Origin: Patescibacteria group bacterium | GTDB taxonomy: Bacteria; Patescibacteriota; Patescibacteriia; Patescibacteriales; BM507 | Assembly: GCA_027858235.1 (NCBI GenBank) | Contig: JAQIDC010000028.1 | Coordinates: 11,184 to 75,183 of the forward strand | DNA length: 64,000 nucleotides | Reading direction: 5' to 3' | Program-made: the position numbers and the translations under genes | Shown here: positions 1 to 9,464 of the stretch, piece by piece | Position numbering within the stretch: the first letter of the stretch is position 1 | Layout of the letters: every line of letters begins with the position of its first letter | The notes under the pieces: generated by a model | Databases searched by the model: none | Seen by the model: only the letters and a program-made list of their open reading frames with translations | Told to the model about the DNA's origin: nothing

Positions 1-663
1 CCACCTTCTTAGCAACTGGCTTCTTCTTAACTGAAGTCTTTTTGACAGCTTTTTTAGCAACTGGCTTCTTCTTCGCTACTGGTTTTTTCTTTAAGACGGA
101 TTTTTTCACAACTTTTTTGGGACTCACCTTTTTTTTCTTAATAACAGGCTTCTGAACTTTTATTTTCTTTTTCACTCCGAAAGAACCTAAAATAGCTTCT
201 TCTGATTTTATAAAATCTTTTGTGGCTACTTCTATTGAATGATTGTATGAGCCAGAAGAGAATACAGCCTTTTTAACCTTAGCCAAACTCTCATCAACTA
301 TCACTGGTAGCTTATAGATATTTCCAAAAGCACTCATTGTCCCTGCTTTTATTTTAAAAACTGCTTGCATTATTTTCTCTCCAGGGATTTTCACTGATTT
401 TACTTCTTTGCCTGTTTCCTTTTTAATAATTTTAGCAACCTTATCTAGATTTAAATTATTATCCGCTGGCAGGACAACAACATAATAATCTTTATCAGCT
501 TTTACTAGTAATGACTTGGCAATCTCATTTATTTTCTTTTTCATTGTGGATGCTGCATCAAAAGCAGTATAGACAGTTTTGTGCTCTAATATTTCATGAT
601 TTATACCAGCCTTATCGAGATAAGTGAGTAGTTTTGCTGGAATTTTTGTTTTTTTAGCCATAT
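1..663 (-). CDS. YbaK/ProX-like aminoacyl-tRNA deacylase domain protein with a poly-lysine (KKPVAKK repeat) C-terminal tail; 3' end runs off the window
   Basis: Not in the ORF track because it is partial. The reverse complement opens with ATG at 661-663 (MAKKTKIPAKLLTYLDKAGINHEILEHKTVYTAFDAAS..., YbaK-like fold) and ends in KKKPVAKK repeats. Confidence 0.55.
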
Positions 664-754
664 TTTTAGTATTATTTAATATATCAATTATATCTTAATT
701 TAGCTTTATTGGCAAAAAATATTAAAACATAAAATATATAAATAATCAAATATA

Positions 755-804
755 AAACCTGTGGGTTTTTGTATGCTTGGGAATTCATGTTCCTCAAGCG
801 CAAA
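755..804. repeat. Two-hairpin repeat, family A copy 1, in opposite orientation to copy 2
   Basis: AAAACCTGTGGGTTTTTGTATGCTTGGGAATTCATGTTCCTCAAGCGC. A diverged partial copy lies at 35411..35436. Confidence 0.6.
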
Positions 805-836
805 AAAAGACCGCTCTTTTGGCGGCCGAATTTTTT
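803..836. terminator. Possible bidirectional intrinsic terminator: hairpin GACCGCTCTTTTGGCGGCC between an A-run and a T-run
   Basis: 6-bp GC stem (one G.U pair). T6 follows on plus and T7 on minus. Confidence 0.35.
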
Positions 837-842
837 ATTTTA

Positions 843-989
843 CTATATTACATTGAAGGGGCAACCAGGACACATTTTATTTTCTTGCTTCATGTCTCTT
901 TCGTCTCGTTGTCTGCCAAAACATTCTGGCGAAAAACCAATTAAATTACATTCTTTTGGCTTTCCTTCTGGGATTTTAAGTTTTCCCAT
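843..989 (-). CDS. Small 48-aa four-cysteine (C-x9-C...C-x2-C) zinc-ribbon-like protein, hypothetical
   Basis: Manual translation gives MGKLKIPEGKPKECNLIGFSPECFGRQRDERDMKQENKMCPGCPFNVI. AGGA lies ~10 nt upstream and a terminator-like hairpin downstream. Too short for the ORF track. The overlapping plus-strand ORF 769..1029 looks spurious. Confidence 0.3.
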   Translation of the reverse strand: MGKLKIPEGKPKECNLIGFSPECFGRQRDERDMKQENKMCPGCPFNVI

Positions 990-1081
990 CTTGATATTCC
1001 TTTCTGAAAGAACTAAAAAAACAGTCTAACAATTTTGGCTATTTTTTTATTATACTATAAATTGATAAACTCATCAATCTT

Positions 1082-2032
1082 TTATTGGATAATCTCTTTC
1101 GGTGATACTCCTTCCAAGTTTAATCTTTTAAGATTCTCAACATTCTTTGTAAAACAGTATTCTCCCAATGGATGAGGCCATCTCTCATTTAGGTATGCAT
1201 AGGAATAATCAGAATCAGACCCTTCATTTGAGAGAGAAAAGTTTGCACAAATTTTGTATTCCCTGTCTTCTATGACCTCATATTGAAAAACTTCATTTTT
1301 TCTAGGATCTTTTATTTTATCAGATTTGATAAAAGAAGATTCTTGGAGCATTTCATCTAAGGTTTCTGGTAAACCACTATTTTCTAAATAATATTGCTCA
1401 AGACCCATATTTATATTGTCGAGTCTTGATAGTATTTCATTATCGATTCTTCTTTCTCTAGCTTCTGTAGGAGATTCAACGAAAATAAAAGCCGAGATAA
1501 GTGCAACAACAACAATTAGGAGTGTGCTATAAAAATATGAAAGGACCACTTTGTCTTTTTTCTCTTCAATATCGTGTCTCCTAATATCATAAAAATAATA
1601 AGAAAAAATTGCGGCTGCAATGCCGATTGCCGTTAAAGCTTTTAATCCAAATTTCAAACTTAGTTCACCACCAAGAAAATTAAAAACAACACCAATAAAC
1701 CATCCAGATAAAACCATGAAAGAAGCAAACATTATCAAATAAGTTAACCATCTCCTTATTTCTGAATCTTCTTTTAATTCCCCTTTTTTTAAACTTTTAT
1801 TAATGGTAATTGTTGAAAGATAGTAGATAGGGGCTGACACTAAAATAGAGGCAATAGCAAAACGCAAGGTTGAGGAAGAGTATGAGGAACTAAACTCATT
1901 TAAAATATCAACAATATTTTTATTTATAATTTGAAAAATAATATTACCAACGGCTAGCGCCATTGAAATAAGAGAGGCCAGAGACAATAAATAAAAAAAT
2001 GCGAATTTTGCTGAGATAGATTTCTTTTCCAT
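1082..2032 (-). CDS. Hypothetical integral membrane protein (about 6 TM helices plus a C-terminal soluble domain)
   Basis: ORF track 316 aa with hydrophobic helices and no recognisable catalytic motif. Confidence 0.6.
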   Translation of the reverse strand: MEKKSISAKFAFFYLLSLASLISMALAVGNIIFQIINKNIVDILNEFSSSYSSSTLRFAIASILVSAPIYYLSTITINKSLKKGELKEDSEIRRWLTYLIMFASFMVLSGWFIGVVFNFLGGELSLKFGLKALTAIGIAAAIFSYYFYDIRRHDIEEKKDKVVLSYFYSTLLIVVVALISAFIFVESPTEARERRIDNEILSRLDNINMGLEQYYLENSGLPETLDEMLQESSFIKSDKIKDPRKNEVFQYEVIEDREYKICANFSLSNEGSDSDYSYAYLNERWPHPLGEYCFTKNVENLKRLNLEGVSPKEIIQ

Positions 2033-2123
2033 AAATTTATTATTAATTATTTATATATTATATTAAATACATTAAAAAAACGTTAACTTAATATAAGTAT
2101 GTCACATATTAAGGATTAAATCT

Positions 2124-3515
2124 TTAAAATTCGGCATTTTTTGGAGTTCTTGGGAATGCTATGACATCTCGGATATTTTGCATTCCAGTAAAATACATTA
2201 TTACTCTTTCAAATCCGAGACCAAAGCCGGCGTGTTTTGTGCCTCCGTATTTTCGTAAATCAAGATACCATTGATATTCACTTGGATTGAGACCGGCTTC
2301 TTTCATTCTCTCTGTTAACACTTCTAGGCGTTCCTCTCTCTGTGAGCCTCCGATAATTTCTCCAATTCCCGGAACGAGCAAGTCCATAGCGGCGACGGTT
2401 TTTTTGTCATCGTTTAATCGCATATAAAAAGCTTTTATTTCTTTTGGATAATCTGTCACAAAAACTGGTTTATCAAAAACTTCTTCACAAATATATCGCT
2501 CGTGTTCAGTTTGTAAATCAATCCCCCACTTCACTGGAAATTCAAATTTCTTGGTTGCTGCTTCAAGTATCTCAATAGCTTTTGTGTAGGTAATCCTTTC
2601 AAACTTTGAACTCCTAATTTTTTCTAATCTTTCCAGTAAGCCTTTGTCGATAAATTTATTAAAAAATTCCATCTCTTCTGGCAAATGATCAATCACGTGA
2701 TTTATCATGTGATTGATCAAATCTTCTGCTAAATCCATATTATCATTCAAGTCTGCAAAAGCGACCTCTGGCTCTAGCATCCAAAACTCAGCGGCATGCC
2801 TTGTGGTGTGGGAATTCTCCGCTCGAAAAGTTGGACCAAAAGTATAGACGTCCTTAAAGCCATGAGCTAGAGCCTCCGCGTTTAATTGTCCGGAAACTGT
2901 AAGTCCGGACAGCTTTCCAAAAAAATCTTCACTGTAGTCTATATTCCCTTTATCATCTTTTTTAGCACTTTTGTCATCAAGAGTTGTTACTCGGAACATT
3001 TCTCCTGCCCCCTCACAATCACTAGTTGTGATAATTGGGGTGTGGGAGTAAATATAGTTTCTTTCTTGAAAAAATTGATGAATAGCGAAACTCAAACTTG
3101 AACGCATCCTAAAAACTGCCGAAAAAGTATTTGAACGATGACGCAAATGAGCAATTGTTCTCAAATATTCAAAAGAATGTCTTTTCTTTTGCAATGGATA
3201 GTCATGCTCGGAATCACCTTCAATCAAAACTCCACTAGCTTTAACTTCAAAATCTTGTCCTCCACCTTCTGACTTAACTAAAATTCCTTTTACAGAAATT
3301 GCTGAACCGATGCCTACTTTTGAAATTTCTTCAAAATTATCTAAGTTATTTTCAAAAACAACCTGAATGCTTTTAAAAAAACTACCATCATTTAGCTCAA
3401 TAAACCCAAAAGCATTTGAAGAACGAATATTTCGAATCCAACCCTTTAGAGCAATATCCTCATTTAAATATTTTTTAGTTTCCTTATATAGTTGTTTGAT
3501 ATTTTGATTTGACAT
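2124..3515 (-). CDS. asnS: Asparaginyl-tRNA synthetase (class II)
   Basis: 463 aa with class II motifs [24 protein letters not shown] and GGSQREER. The size fits AsnRS rather than AspRS. Confidence 0.9.
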   Translation of the reverse strand: MSNQNIKQLYKETKKYLNEDIALKGWIRNIRSSNAFGFIELNDGSFFKSIQVVFENNLDNFEEISKVGIGSAISVKGILVKSEGGGQDFEVKASGVLIEGDSEHDYPLQKKRHSFEYLRTIAHLRHRSNTFSAVFRMRSSLSFAIHQFFQERNYIYSHTPIITTSDCEGAGEMFRVTTLDDKSAKKDDKGNIDYSEDFFGKLSGLTVSGQLNAEALAHGFKDVYTFGPTFRAENSHTTRHAAEFWMLEPEVAFADLNDNMDLAEDLINHMINHVIDHLPEEMEFFNKFIDKGLLERLEKIRSSKFERITYTKAIEILEAATKKFEFPVKWGIDLQTEHERYICEEVFDKPVFVTDYPKEIKAFYMRLNDDKKTVAAMDLLVPGIGEIIGGSQREERLEVLTERMKEAGLNPSEYQWYLDLRKYGGTKHAGFGLGFERVIMYFTGMQNIRDVIAFPRTPKNAEF

Positions 3516-3523
3516 ATATATTT

Positions 3524-3557
3524 AATTTTGAATTTTGAATTACAAATTTCGAATCAA
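3524..3557 (-). repeat. Period-7 tandem repeat (ATTCGAA/ATTTGTA/ATTCAAA/ATTCAAA) immediately upstream of the asnS start
   Basis: Minus-strand reading gives GATTCGAAATTTGTAATTCAAAATTCAAAATT, ending ~9 nt before the ATG. The same unit recurs upstream of aspS, fusA and rplD. Confidence 0.6.
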
Positions 3558-3577
3558 TTTTTAATTACATAATTATT

Positions 3578-3700
3578 AATCCCCTCTTGAGAGGGGTAAA
3601 TTCGAACGACAGAGAGAAGACGGGGTGTGTTTCACGTTTTATCTCACCATTTTTTACACACCCCACCCTGGCGGGCACCCCTCTCAAGAGGGGATTTTAA
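3578..3700. repeat. Long imperfect palindrome forming nested hairpins in the aspS-asnS spacer
   Basis: Read directly: CCCCTCTTGAGAGGGG (3581-3596) and CCCCTCTCAAGAGGGG (3678-3693), with GGGGTGTGT/ACACACCCC nested at 3622-3664. Confidence 0.6.
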
Positions 3701-3737
3701 AATATTAAAGTATTCGAAATTCAATCAAAATTAGAAA

Positions 3738-5519
3738 TTAATCATTCTTACGAAGTCTGATGTGTACATCTTTTAATTGTTTTTCATCAACTACCGAAGG
3801 TGAATCCATCATGGCATCTCTTGCTTGCCCGTCTTTTGGAAAGGCATAAATATCTCTAATTGAATCACCATCAAGTAAAACCATTAAAAGTCTATCAAGT
3901 CCTGGAGCGATTCCTCCATGAGGTGGAGCACCGTATTGAAAGGCTTTAATCATTCCGCCAAATTTTGCATCAACATCTTCTTTTGTATAACCAGCTATTT
4001 CAAAAGCCTTGTACATTACTTCTGGTTTGTGATTTCTGATAGCTCCTGATGATATTTCAAATCCATTTACAACTAAGTCGTATTGGTATGCTTTGATGTC
4101 TAGTGGGTCCATGGTTTCAAGTGCCTCCATTCCACCTTGTGGCATAGAAAAAGGATTGTGTGAAAAATCAATTTTACCTTCTTCAAGTTCAGAATAATCA
4201 TACATTGGATAATCATAAATCCAAAGCCAAGCAGCTTTTTTAGGATCTTTCAGTCCAAGTCTTTCTCCACATTCACTTCTGACTGCTCCTAGTGACTCAC
4301 AAACTACTTTCCACTTGTCTGCTCCAAAGAATACAATATCACCTGCCTTTGCACCGAGATCTTCCATTAAACTTTTAGCTAAGTCTTCACCAAGAAATTT
4401 AATAATTGGAGAATTTAGACTTCCGTCTTCCTTAAATGTAATATAGGCAAGTCCCTTAGCGTCTTTTGATCTAGCCACTTCTGTTAGCTCATCAATTTCT
4501 CTTCTGCTAAATTTAGCTCCGCCATCTACTTTCAAAGCGTGGACCACTCCTCCATTAGCCACTGCTCCAGAGAAAACAGAAAAACCGCTGTCCTTAACTT
4601 TGTCAGTAACAACCTGAATCTGCATATCAAAACGAAGATCTGGTTTATCAGAGCCATATTTTTCTAGAACATCATGATAAGTAATCCTAGGGAAAGGTTC
4701 ATTTATTATTTTTTTATCTGAAAACTCGTTTGTTAATTCTATCATTAATTTTTCTACTACCGCCCAAACATCTTCTTGATTTGCATAACTCATTTCAAGA
4801 TCTACTTGGTAGAATTCTCCTGGATGTCTATCGGAACGAGGATCTTCATCACGAAAACATGGAGCAATTTGAAAATATTTATCGATACCACCAACCATCA
4901 AAAGTTGTTTAAATTGTTGAGGTGCTTGAGGGAGAGCGTAAAATGTTCCGGGATGTAATCTTGAAGGTACCAAAAAGTCACGAGCACCTTCAGGACTTGA
5001 ATTAGCTAGGATTGGAGTTTGAACTTCAAGAAATTTTTCTTTTTCAAAATAGTCTCTAATATAGCGAATAAAATTATGTCTGGTTTGCAACATTTTTTGA
5101 AGCTTCTCTCTTCTTAAATCGATAAACCTATATTTCAATCTTATAGCTTCATTGGCTTCTCCAGCCTTTTCTTCATCCAACTCAAAAGGAGGTGTTTTTG
5201 ATTCACTTAAAACTTCAGTTTCAATCACTTCAACTTCAATCTCACCTGTAGCCATCTTTTTGTTAATCATATCATCTGGGCGTGCTACTACTTTTCCAAC
5301 AACCTTAATAACCCATTCACTTCTAAATTTGTTAGCTATTTCAATGGCTGCTTTATCTATTTCTGGATCAAACTTCACTTGACTCAAACCATATTTATCC
5401 CTGAGATCAATAAAAATAATACCACCATGGTCACGTCTTCTGTGAACCCAGCCAGTTAATATTACTTCTTGACCTACTTCTTTTTTTGTTAACTCTCCGC
5501 AAGTATGTGTTCTAATCAT
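3738..5519 (-). CDS. aspS: Aspartyl-tRNA synthetase
   Basis: 593 aa with QLLMVGGIDKYFQIAPCFRDED and the GLDRL class II motifs. Confidence 0.9.
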   Translation of the reverse strand: MIRTHTCGELTKKEVGQEVILTGWVHRRRDHGGIIFIDLRDKYGLSQVKFDPEIDKAAIEIANKFRSEWVIKVVGKVVARPDDMINKKMATGEIEVEVIETEVLSESKTPPFELDEEKAGEANEAIRLKYRFIDLRREKLQKMLQTRHNFIRYIRDYFEKEKFLEVQTPILANSSPEGARDFLVPSRLHPGTFYALPQAPQQFKQLLMVGGIDKYFQIAPCFRDEDPRSDRHPGEFYQVDLEMSYANQEDVWAVVEKLMIELTNEFSDKKIINEPFPRITYHDVLEKYGSDKPDLRFDMQIQVVTDKVKDSGFSVFSGAVANGGVVHALKVDGGAKFSRREIDELTEVARSKDAKGLAYITFKEDGSLNSPIIKFLGEDLAKSLMEDLGAKAGDIVFFGADKWKVVCESLGAVRSECGERLGLKDPKKAAWLWIYDYPMYDYSELEEGKIDFSHNPFSMPQGGMEALETMDPLDIKAYQYDLVVNGFEISSGAIRNHKPEVMYKAFEIAGYTKEDVDAKFGGMIKAFQYGAPPHGGIAPGLDRLLMVLLDGDSIRDIYAFPKDGQARDAMMDSPSVVDEKQLKDVHIRLRKND

Positions 5520-5526
5520 ATGTTTT

Positions 5527-5554
5527 TGAATAATGAATTATGAATCTTGAATAA
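5527..5554 (-). repeat. Period-7 tandem repeat (ATTCAAG/ATTCATA/ATTCATT/ATTCAAA) immediately upstream of the aspS start
   Basis: Plus strand reads TTGAATA ATGAATT ATGAATC TTGAATA. It ends 7 nt before the ATG at 5519 and there is no canonical SD. Confidence 0.6.
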
Positions 5555-5621
5555 TAATTTGCAAAACTATTTTGTATTTGTTTAGAATTTAGTACTTAGA
5601 GCCTAGAATTTACTTGCCTGT

Positions 5622-5678
5622 ATAAACAAAAAAGTTCGTCTCCACATATCACTAAAATCGTAATATATAGGGACGAAC
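5622..5678 (-). terminator. Intrinsic terminator/attenuator hairpin in the aspS 5' leader
   Basis: The minus strand reads GTTCGTCCC...(26-nt loop)...GGAGACGAAC then TTTTTTGTTT, about 100 nt upstream of the aspS ATG. Confidence 0.45.
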
Positions 5679-5815
5679 CTTTTCTCGAGCAAGCCATGGA
5701 TATGTTTTGTAACGAAATTTGATAATTTTGAGATAAAATTGATTTAAATTTTTGAAGAGTATAAAAATACTTTGAGATAATTTAAAACGATTATAGCCAA
5801 AATTTTCAAATTGCA

Positions 5816-5995
5816 GTAGAAACGATATCTGTGGTTTTCGAGTAGATCCGTGGTACCACCCACATTTCCCGAAAACGGGACACTTATTTACAGCTATTAC
5901 GGGCTTACCCGTCAGGTTCTAATTTTCGCAATGCGAATTTCTTCCTGCGCCTCTCTTAGTGTCAGCTAAGATATATCGGCATGTTAATATTTTAT
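5816..5995 (-). ncRNA. GC-rich structured island in the aspS upstream region; candidate cis-regulatory RNA with a T-box-like motif
   Basis: Locally high GC in an AT-rich spacer with multiple stems. The minus strand carries AAATGTGGGTGGTACCACGG, against the T-box consensus AGGGUGGNACCGCGG, plus an AGAGAG tract and a loop exposing GAC (an Asp codon). The distance to aspS and the lack of an adjacent terminator argue against a canonical T-box. Confidence 0.3.
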
Positions 5996-6054
5996 TTTAC
6001 TAATTTATATATTATATAATTTAATGATTAATGTCAAGCACCTACTAATTTAAA

Positions 6055-6087
6055 AGCCGAGATTATAGTAATCTCGGCTCTTTTTCT
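6055..6087. terminator. Bidirectional intrinsic terminator (11-bp stem AGCCGAGATTA/TAATCTCGGCT)
   Basis: Perfect stem followed by CTTTTTCT on plus and UUUAAAUU on minus, directly after the stop of 6086..6343. Confidence 0.6.
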
Positions 6088-6343
6088 ACAAATCAATTGT
6101 TACACCACCCCATTGGTTCGTTTTAATAACAAGGCGAACTTTTTTACCTAAAAGAGCAACATGCTGATTTGTCAAAAACTTGGCTTCTTCAATGGTTCTT
6201 TTAACAAGAGGCATGCTCAAACCCCTAGGCTCAGTAATATGGAAATCTGCTAGTTCATTGCCATTTTCAATTCTTTCCATATAACTATCAAAAGTCTCTT
6301 GAGGCAAATCCCTTCCTGCAACATTCTGAATATTTTTTTCCAT
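6086..6343 (-). CDS. Hypothetical 85-aa protein
   Basis: ORF track. A GGAGG RBS sits 7 nt upstream of the ATG. Confidence 0.5.
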   Translation of the reverse strand: MEKNIQNVAGRDLPQETFDSYMERIENGNELADFHITEPRGLSMPLVKRTIEEAKFLTNQHVALLGKKVRLVIKTNQWGGVTIDL

Positions 6344-6373
6344 TAGATTCCTCCTTCATTAATGTAAAAGAAA

Positions 6374-6577
6374 TTAAAATAAGCTACTATCATGTTTTTT
6401 TCCACTTCTCGTAACTTTTTTTCTAGGTGGATTAACCTTGGGAACTTTTTCATCAATTCTTTTTTTCTGAGGGTCGGCCACACAAACTTTTTCATCAGTG
6501 GTTTTTTCTTGAGATGGGTTAATGTCCCTGGAAGCATCTGTTCCAAATAAAATCCTCTCAACATTCTCGAGTCGCAT
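6374..6577 (-). CDS. Hypothetical small basic protein (67 aa)
   Basis: ATG start with GGAGG 4 nt upstream. The competing overlapping frame 6343..6588 would need a TTG start with no RBS, so this frame is preferred. Confidence 0.3.
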   Translation of the reverse strand: MRLENVERILFGTDASRDINPSQEKTTDEKVCVADPQKKRIDEKVPKVNPPRKKVTRSGKKHDSSLF

Positions 6578-6589
6578 GAAACCTCCAAT

Positions 6590-7300
6590 CTAGTATGAGT
6601 AATATTTTTCGAATGAACTAATAATAGATAAAAAATCTTTTTTATCTTTTTTGTTTATTTTAATTTTAATTATTTCGGTATCTTTTGTTTTTGTTGCTAA
6701 TTTTAGCATTTTAATACAGCTATTTGAAATTGTCAATATATTTTCTTTCTTACAACATTTGTCGCAAAGAAGGCCACCGCTTGGCACACTCATTTTATAT
6801 TCTTCTTCTAAAATGTCAGAAGAACAACGAGAGCAGTTTTTCAAATTCAGTGTATAGCCCAAAAGATAAAAAAACTTTATTTTAAATATTGCAAAATACA
6901 ATTCGTAATCACTAATTTCATTCTCCTCTAAAAAATAAAGAAAATCATAAAGAAGTTTGTAGGTCAAAGAATCTTCTTCTCCATCTTTTAAAAGTTTCTT
7001 ATATAAGTATAGAACACTTTGGGATAAAATTAATTTTTCATAATTATTTTTTATTTTTGGAAAGTTTTCAAAATTTTTAACTGAGCCTACATAGTCATAT
7101 TGTTTCCCCTTGATAATCATTATATCTACAATATTTAGAGGCTCAATATGCCCTGCTAATTTTGATGTTTTTTTCTTGGCTCCTCTGGCAATTAGATTCA
7201 TTCTACCTCTATCTGGGCTATAAAAAGAAACGAGCACATCATTTTCTCTGAAGTCTCGTCTTTCTAATACAATTGATTTTGTGTTTACTGTCTCTTCCAT
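6590..7300 (-). CDS. recO: DNA repair protein RecO
   Basis: 236 aa with an N-terminal OB-fold-like region and a C-terminal Cys cluster (CSRCSS...CDKCC), consistent with RecO. Confidence 0.65.
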   Translation of the reverse strand: MEETVNTKSIVLERRDFRENDVLVSFYSPDRGRMNLIARGAKKKTSKLAGHIEPLNIVDIMIIKGKQYDYVGSVKNFENFPKIKNNYEKLILSQSVLYLYKKLLKDGEEDSLTYKLLYDFLYFLEENEISDYELYFAIFKIKFFYLLGYTLNLKNCSRCSSDILEEEYKMSVPSGGLLCDKCCKKENILTISNSCIKMLKLATKTKDTEIIKIKINKKDKKDFLSIISSFEKYYSY

Positions 7301-7686
7301 TAACTTATGCTATCTAGATATGACTGTAGTATTATCATCGCAGCCACAGCGTCTCTTGGGGCTTTTGTTTTTTTATTTCCAACAAGAGCATCAGCTGCCT
7401 TTGAGCTAAGTCTTTCATCAAAAGAATTTAATTTTATTTCTGTTGCTTCTTCCAATTGTTTTTTAAAAATCAGGTAACCCTGGTGAAGTCTCTCTTCACC
7501 CTCCCCCAATCTTCTTGGATAGCCTAAAACAATTTCATCAATATCTTCTTTTTCTATTTCTTCTAAAACTTCTTTTAAGTTTGCGACAACTACGTGGGGC
7601 GTGGCGATATACAAAACATTATCTCCAAGTGATAGTCCAATTCGAGCCTCTCCCCAGTCTATCCCTAAATATTTTCTTTCTTCCAT
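7300..7686 (-). CDS. ruvX: Putative pre-16S rRNA nuclease / Holliday junction resolvase YqgF (RuvX)
   Basis: 128 aa beginning LGIDWGEARIGLSLGD, the YqgF signature. Confidence 0.8.
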   Translation of the reverse strand: MEERKYLGIDWGEARIGLSLGDNVLYIATPHVVVANLKEVLEEIEKEDIDEIVLGYPRRLGEGEERLHQGYLIFKKQLEEATEIKLNSFDERLSSKAADALVGNKKTKAPRDAVAAMIILQSYLDSIS

Positions 7687-7687
7687 A

Positions 7688-8476
7688 CTATCTGGTTATA
7701 ATTTCAGCTCCTTTTTTTGTTATCAAAATAGTATCTTCAAAATGAGCACTAGTTGAGCCGTCACGACTAACAAAGGTAAATTCATCATCCAGAACATCTA
7801 TCTCCCAAGAACCCATATTAACCATCGGTTCAACTGCGATTGTCATGCCTTCTTTTAATTTTATATCATAATGTTTCCCGGCATAATAATGAGGAATCTG
7901 TGGTTCCTCATGCACTGCCCGTCCAACACCATGACCAACTAAATCACGGACGACTGAGAATCCTTTCGACTCAATGTAGTTTTCTATTGTGCTTCCTATG
8001 TCGTTTATAGTATTGCCTGGTTTAATTTGCTTTATTCCCAAGTCAAGACATTTTCTTGTAGCGTCTATTAAGTCTTCAATTTTTTTATCAATCTTCCCAA
8101 CGGGGAATGTTCGGGCCATGTCCGTATACATCCCTTGCCCGTTTTCTGAATATGGATATTCCATTCCGACATCAATAGATATAATATCTCCTTCACTAAC
8201 TACTCGAGAAGGATAGGCTGGTCCGTGAACAACTTCTTCGTTTATTGAAGTACAAAGTGCTGTTGGAAATGGAGCTGAATCTGGTGAAATTTTGTAATTT
8301 TTAAAAGAAGGTCTCCCTCCAGCTTTCTCAATTAGCTCGCAAGCTAAATCCTCTAATTCACCGGTACTTATTCCTGACTTAACTCTTGAACCAAGTGTCT
8401 TCATAACTGAAGAAAGAATTTTACCACCCTCTCTCATTATTTTAATTTCCTCCTCTGTTCTAATCCCGTAAATCAT
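7688..8476 (-). CDS. map: Methionine aminopeptidase type I
   Basis: 262 aa with conserved metal-binding D/H/E residues and the MAP fold. Confidence 0.9.
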   Translation of the reverse strand: MIYGIRTEEEIKIMREGGKILSSVMKTLGSRVKSGISTGELEDLACELIEKAGGRPSFKNYKISPDSAPFPTALCTSINEEVVHGPAYPSRVVSEGDIISIDVGMEYPYSENGQGMYTDMARTFPVGKIDKKIEDLIDATRKCLDLGIKQIKPGNTINDIGSTIENYIESKGFSVVRDLVGHGVGRAVHEEPQIPHYYAGKHYDIKLKEGMTIAVEPMVNMGSWEIDVLDDEFTFVSRDGSTSAHFEDTILITKKGAEIITR

Positions 8477-8480
8477 AATA

Positions 8481-9452
8481 TTAACCTCTAATTATTAAAA
8501 AAATCATGTAGGAAATATAAGCTCCTAACAAAGAAACTCCTTCCCATTTTCCTATTGTGCTCTTCTTACCAAAGAATACAGCGAATAAAACCAATATCGT
8601 TGCGAAGAAAAGTATTGCTATGTCGACATTAAGAATAGGATTATACACTATTGGATTTATCACTGAGCTCAAACCTAGAACCCAAAATAAATTAAAAATA
8701 TTTGACCCTATAACTGCTCCAACTGCAATGTCAGTATGCTTTTTGTACGCAGCCACCGCTGAAGCTGCTAATTCTGGCAATGATGTTCCTATGGCAACAA
8801 TAGTAAGACCAATCAGTTCTTCTGATAAACCAAAGCTACTTGCAAAAACGATTGCCCCCTCAACTATCCAGCGTCCTCCGAAGTAGAGACCAACAAGACC
8901 TCCTAAAATCATTAGAACAGATGATGAGTCACTACGTTTCTTTATTTTTTCTTCATGCAATTCTTCTATTATTGAACTGTTTATTTTACTAATTCCAAAA
9001 GTATAGTAGATAAAAATGGAAAAAAATAATATTAAAACTAAACCATCAATCCTTGTTAAAGAACTTATATCCACTCCATCAATAAGCGTATCATTCACCA
9101 AAAAAGCTACTGCTAGGATAGCTAGAAGTGACAGAGGAATTTCTTTTGATACGGTACTTTTTTTAACAGCCAGAGGAAAAATAATAGCAGAAACGCCTAG
9201 AATTAAAAGAGTATTAGAAATATTTGATCCTATTATATTGCCCAGGGCAATTCCAGTTGATTCATTCCAGGCAGCAATAGAGCTAACTATAAGCTCTGGA
9301 GCCGATGTCCCAAAAGCAACTATCGTTAAACCAATGACTAAGTTTGATAGACCAAATTTTTTAGCGATTGAAGACGATCCTTCAACTAAAATATCTGCTC
9401 CTTTAACCAAGAAGACAAACCCTAAAATGAATAATATTATTGTTATATACAT
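8481..9452 (-). CDS. CaCA-family Na+/Ca2+ exchanger
   Basis: 323 aa with two alpha-repeats (GTSAPEL and GTSLPEL). Confidence 0.8.
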   Translation of the reverse strand: MYITIILFILGFVFLVKGADILVEGSSSIAKKFGLSNLVIGLTIVAFGTSAPELIVSSIAAWNESTGIALGNIIGSNISNTLLILGVSAIIFPLAVKKSTVSKEIPLSLLAILAVAFLVNDTLIDGVDISSLTRIDGLVLILFFSIFIYYTFGISKINSSIIEELHEEKIKKRSDSSSVLMILGGLVGLYFGGRWIVEGAIVFASSFGLSEELIGLTIVAIGTSLPELAASAVAAYKKHTDIAVGAVIGSNIFNLFWVLGLSSVINPIVYNPILNVDIAILFFATILVLFAVFFGKKSTIGKWEGVSLLGAYISYMIFLIIRG

Positions 9453-9464
9453 AATTTAATTTAA

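Noticed and set aside
769-1029. Plus-strand 86-aa ORF
   Set aside because: It lies in a minus-strand gene spacer, overlaps a repeat element and terminator hairpin, and has odd composition. A minus-strand 48-aa Cys-rich ORF is more plausible.
5816-5995. SRP (4.5S) RNA, tmRNA or RNase P RNA in the GC-rich island
   Set aside because: SRP helix-8 elements (GUCAGG...GGAAGCAGC) are in the wrong relative orientation. There is no tmRNA tag reading frame or tRNA-like 3' end, and the island is too short and lacks RNase P conserved regions.
6343-6588. 81-aa ORF overlapping 6374..6577 in another frame
   Set aside because: It needs a TTG start with no RBS and has odd composition. The overlapping frame has ATG plus GGAGG. 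Neither is strongly supported, and only the latter is listed.
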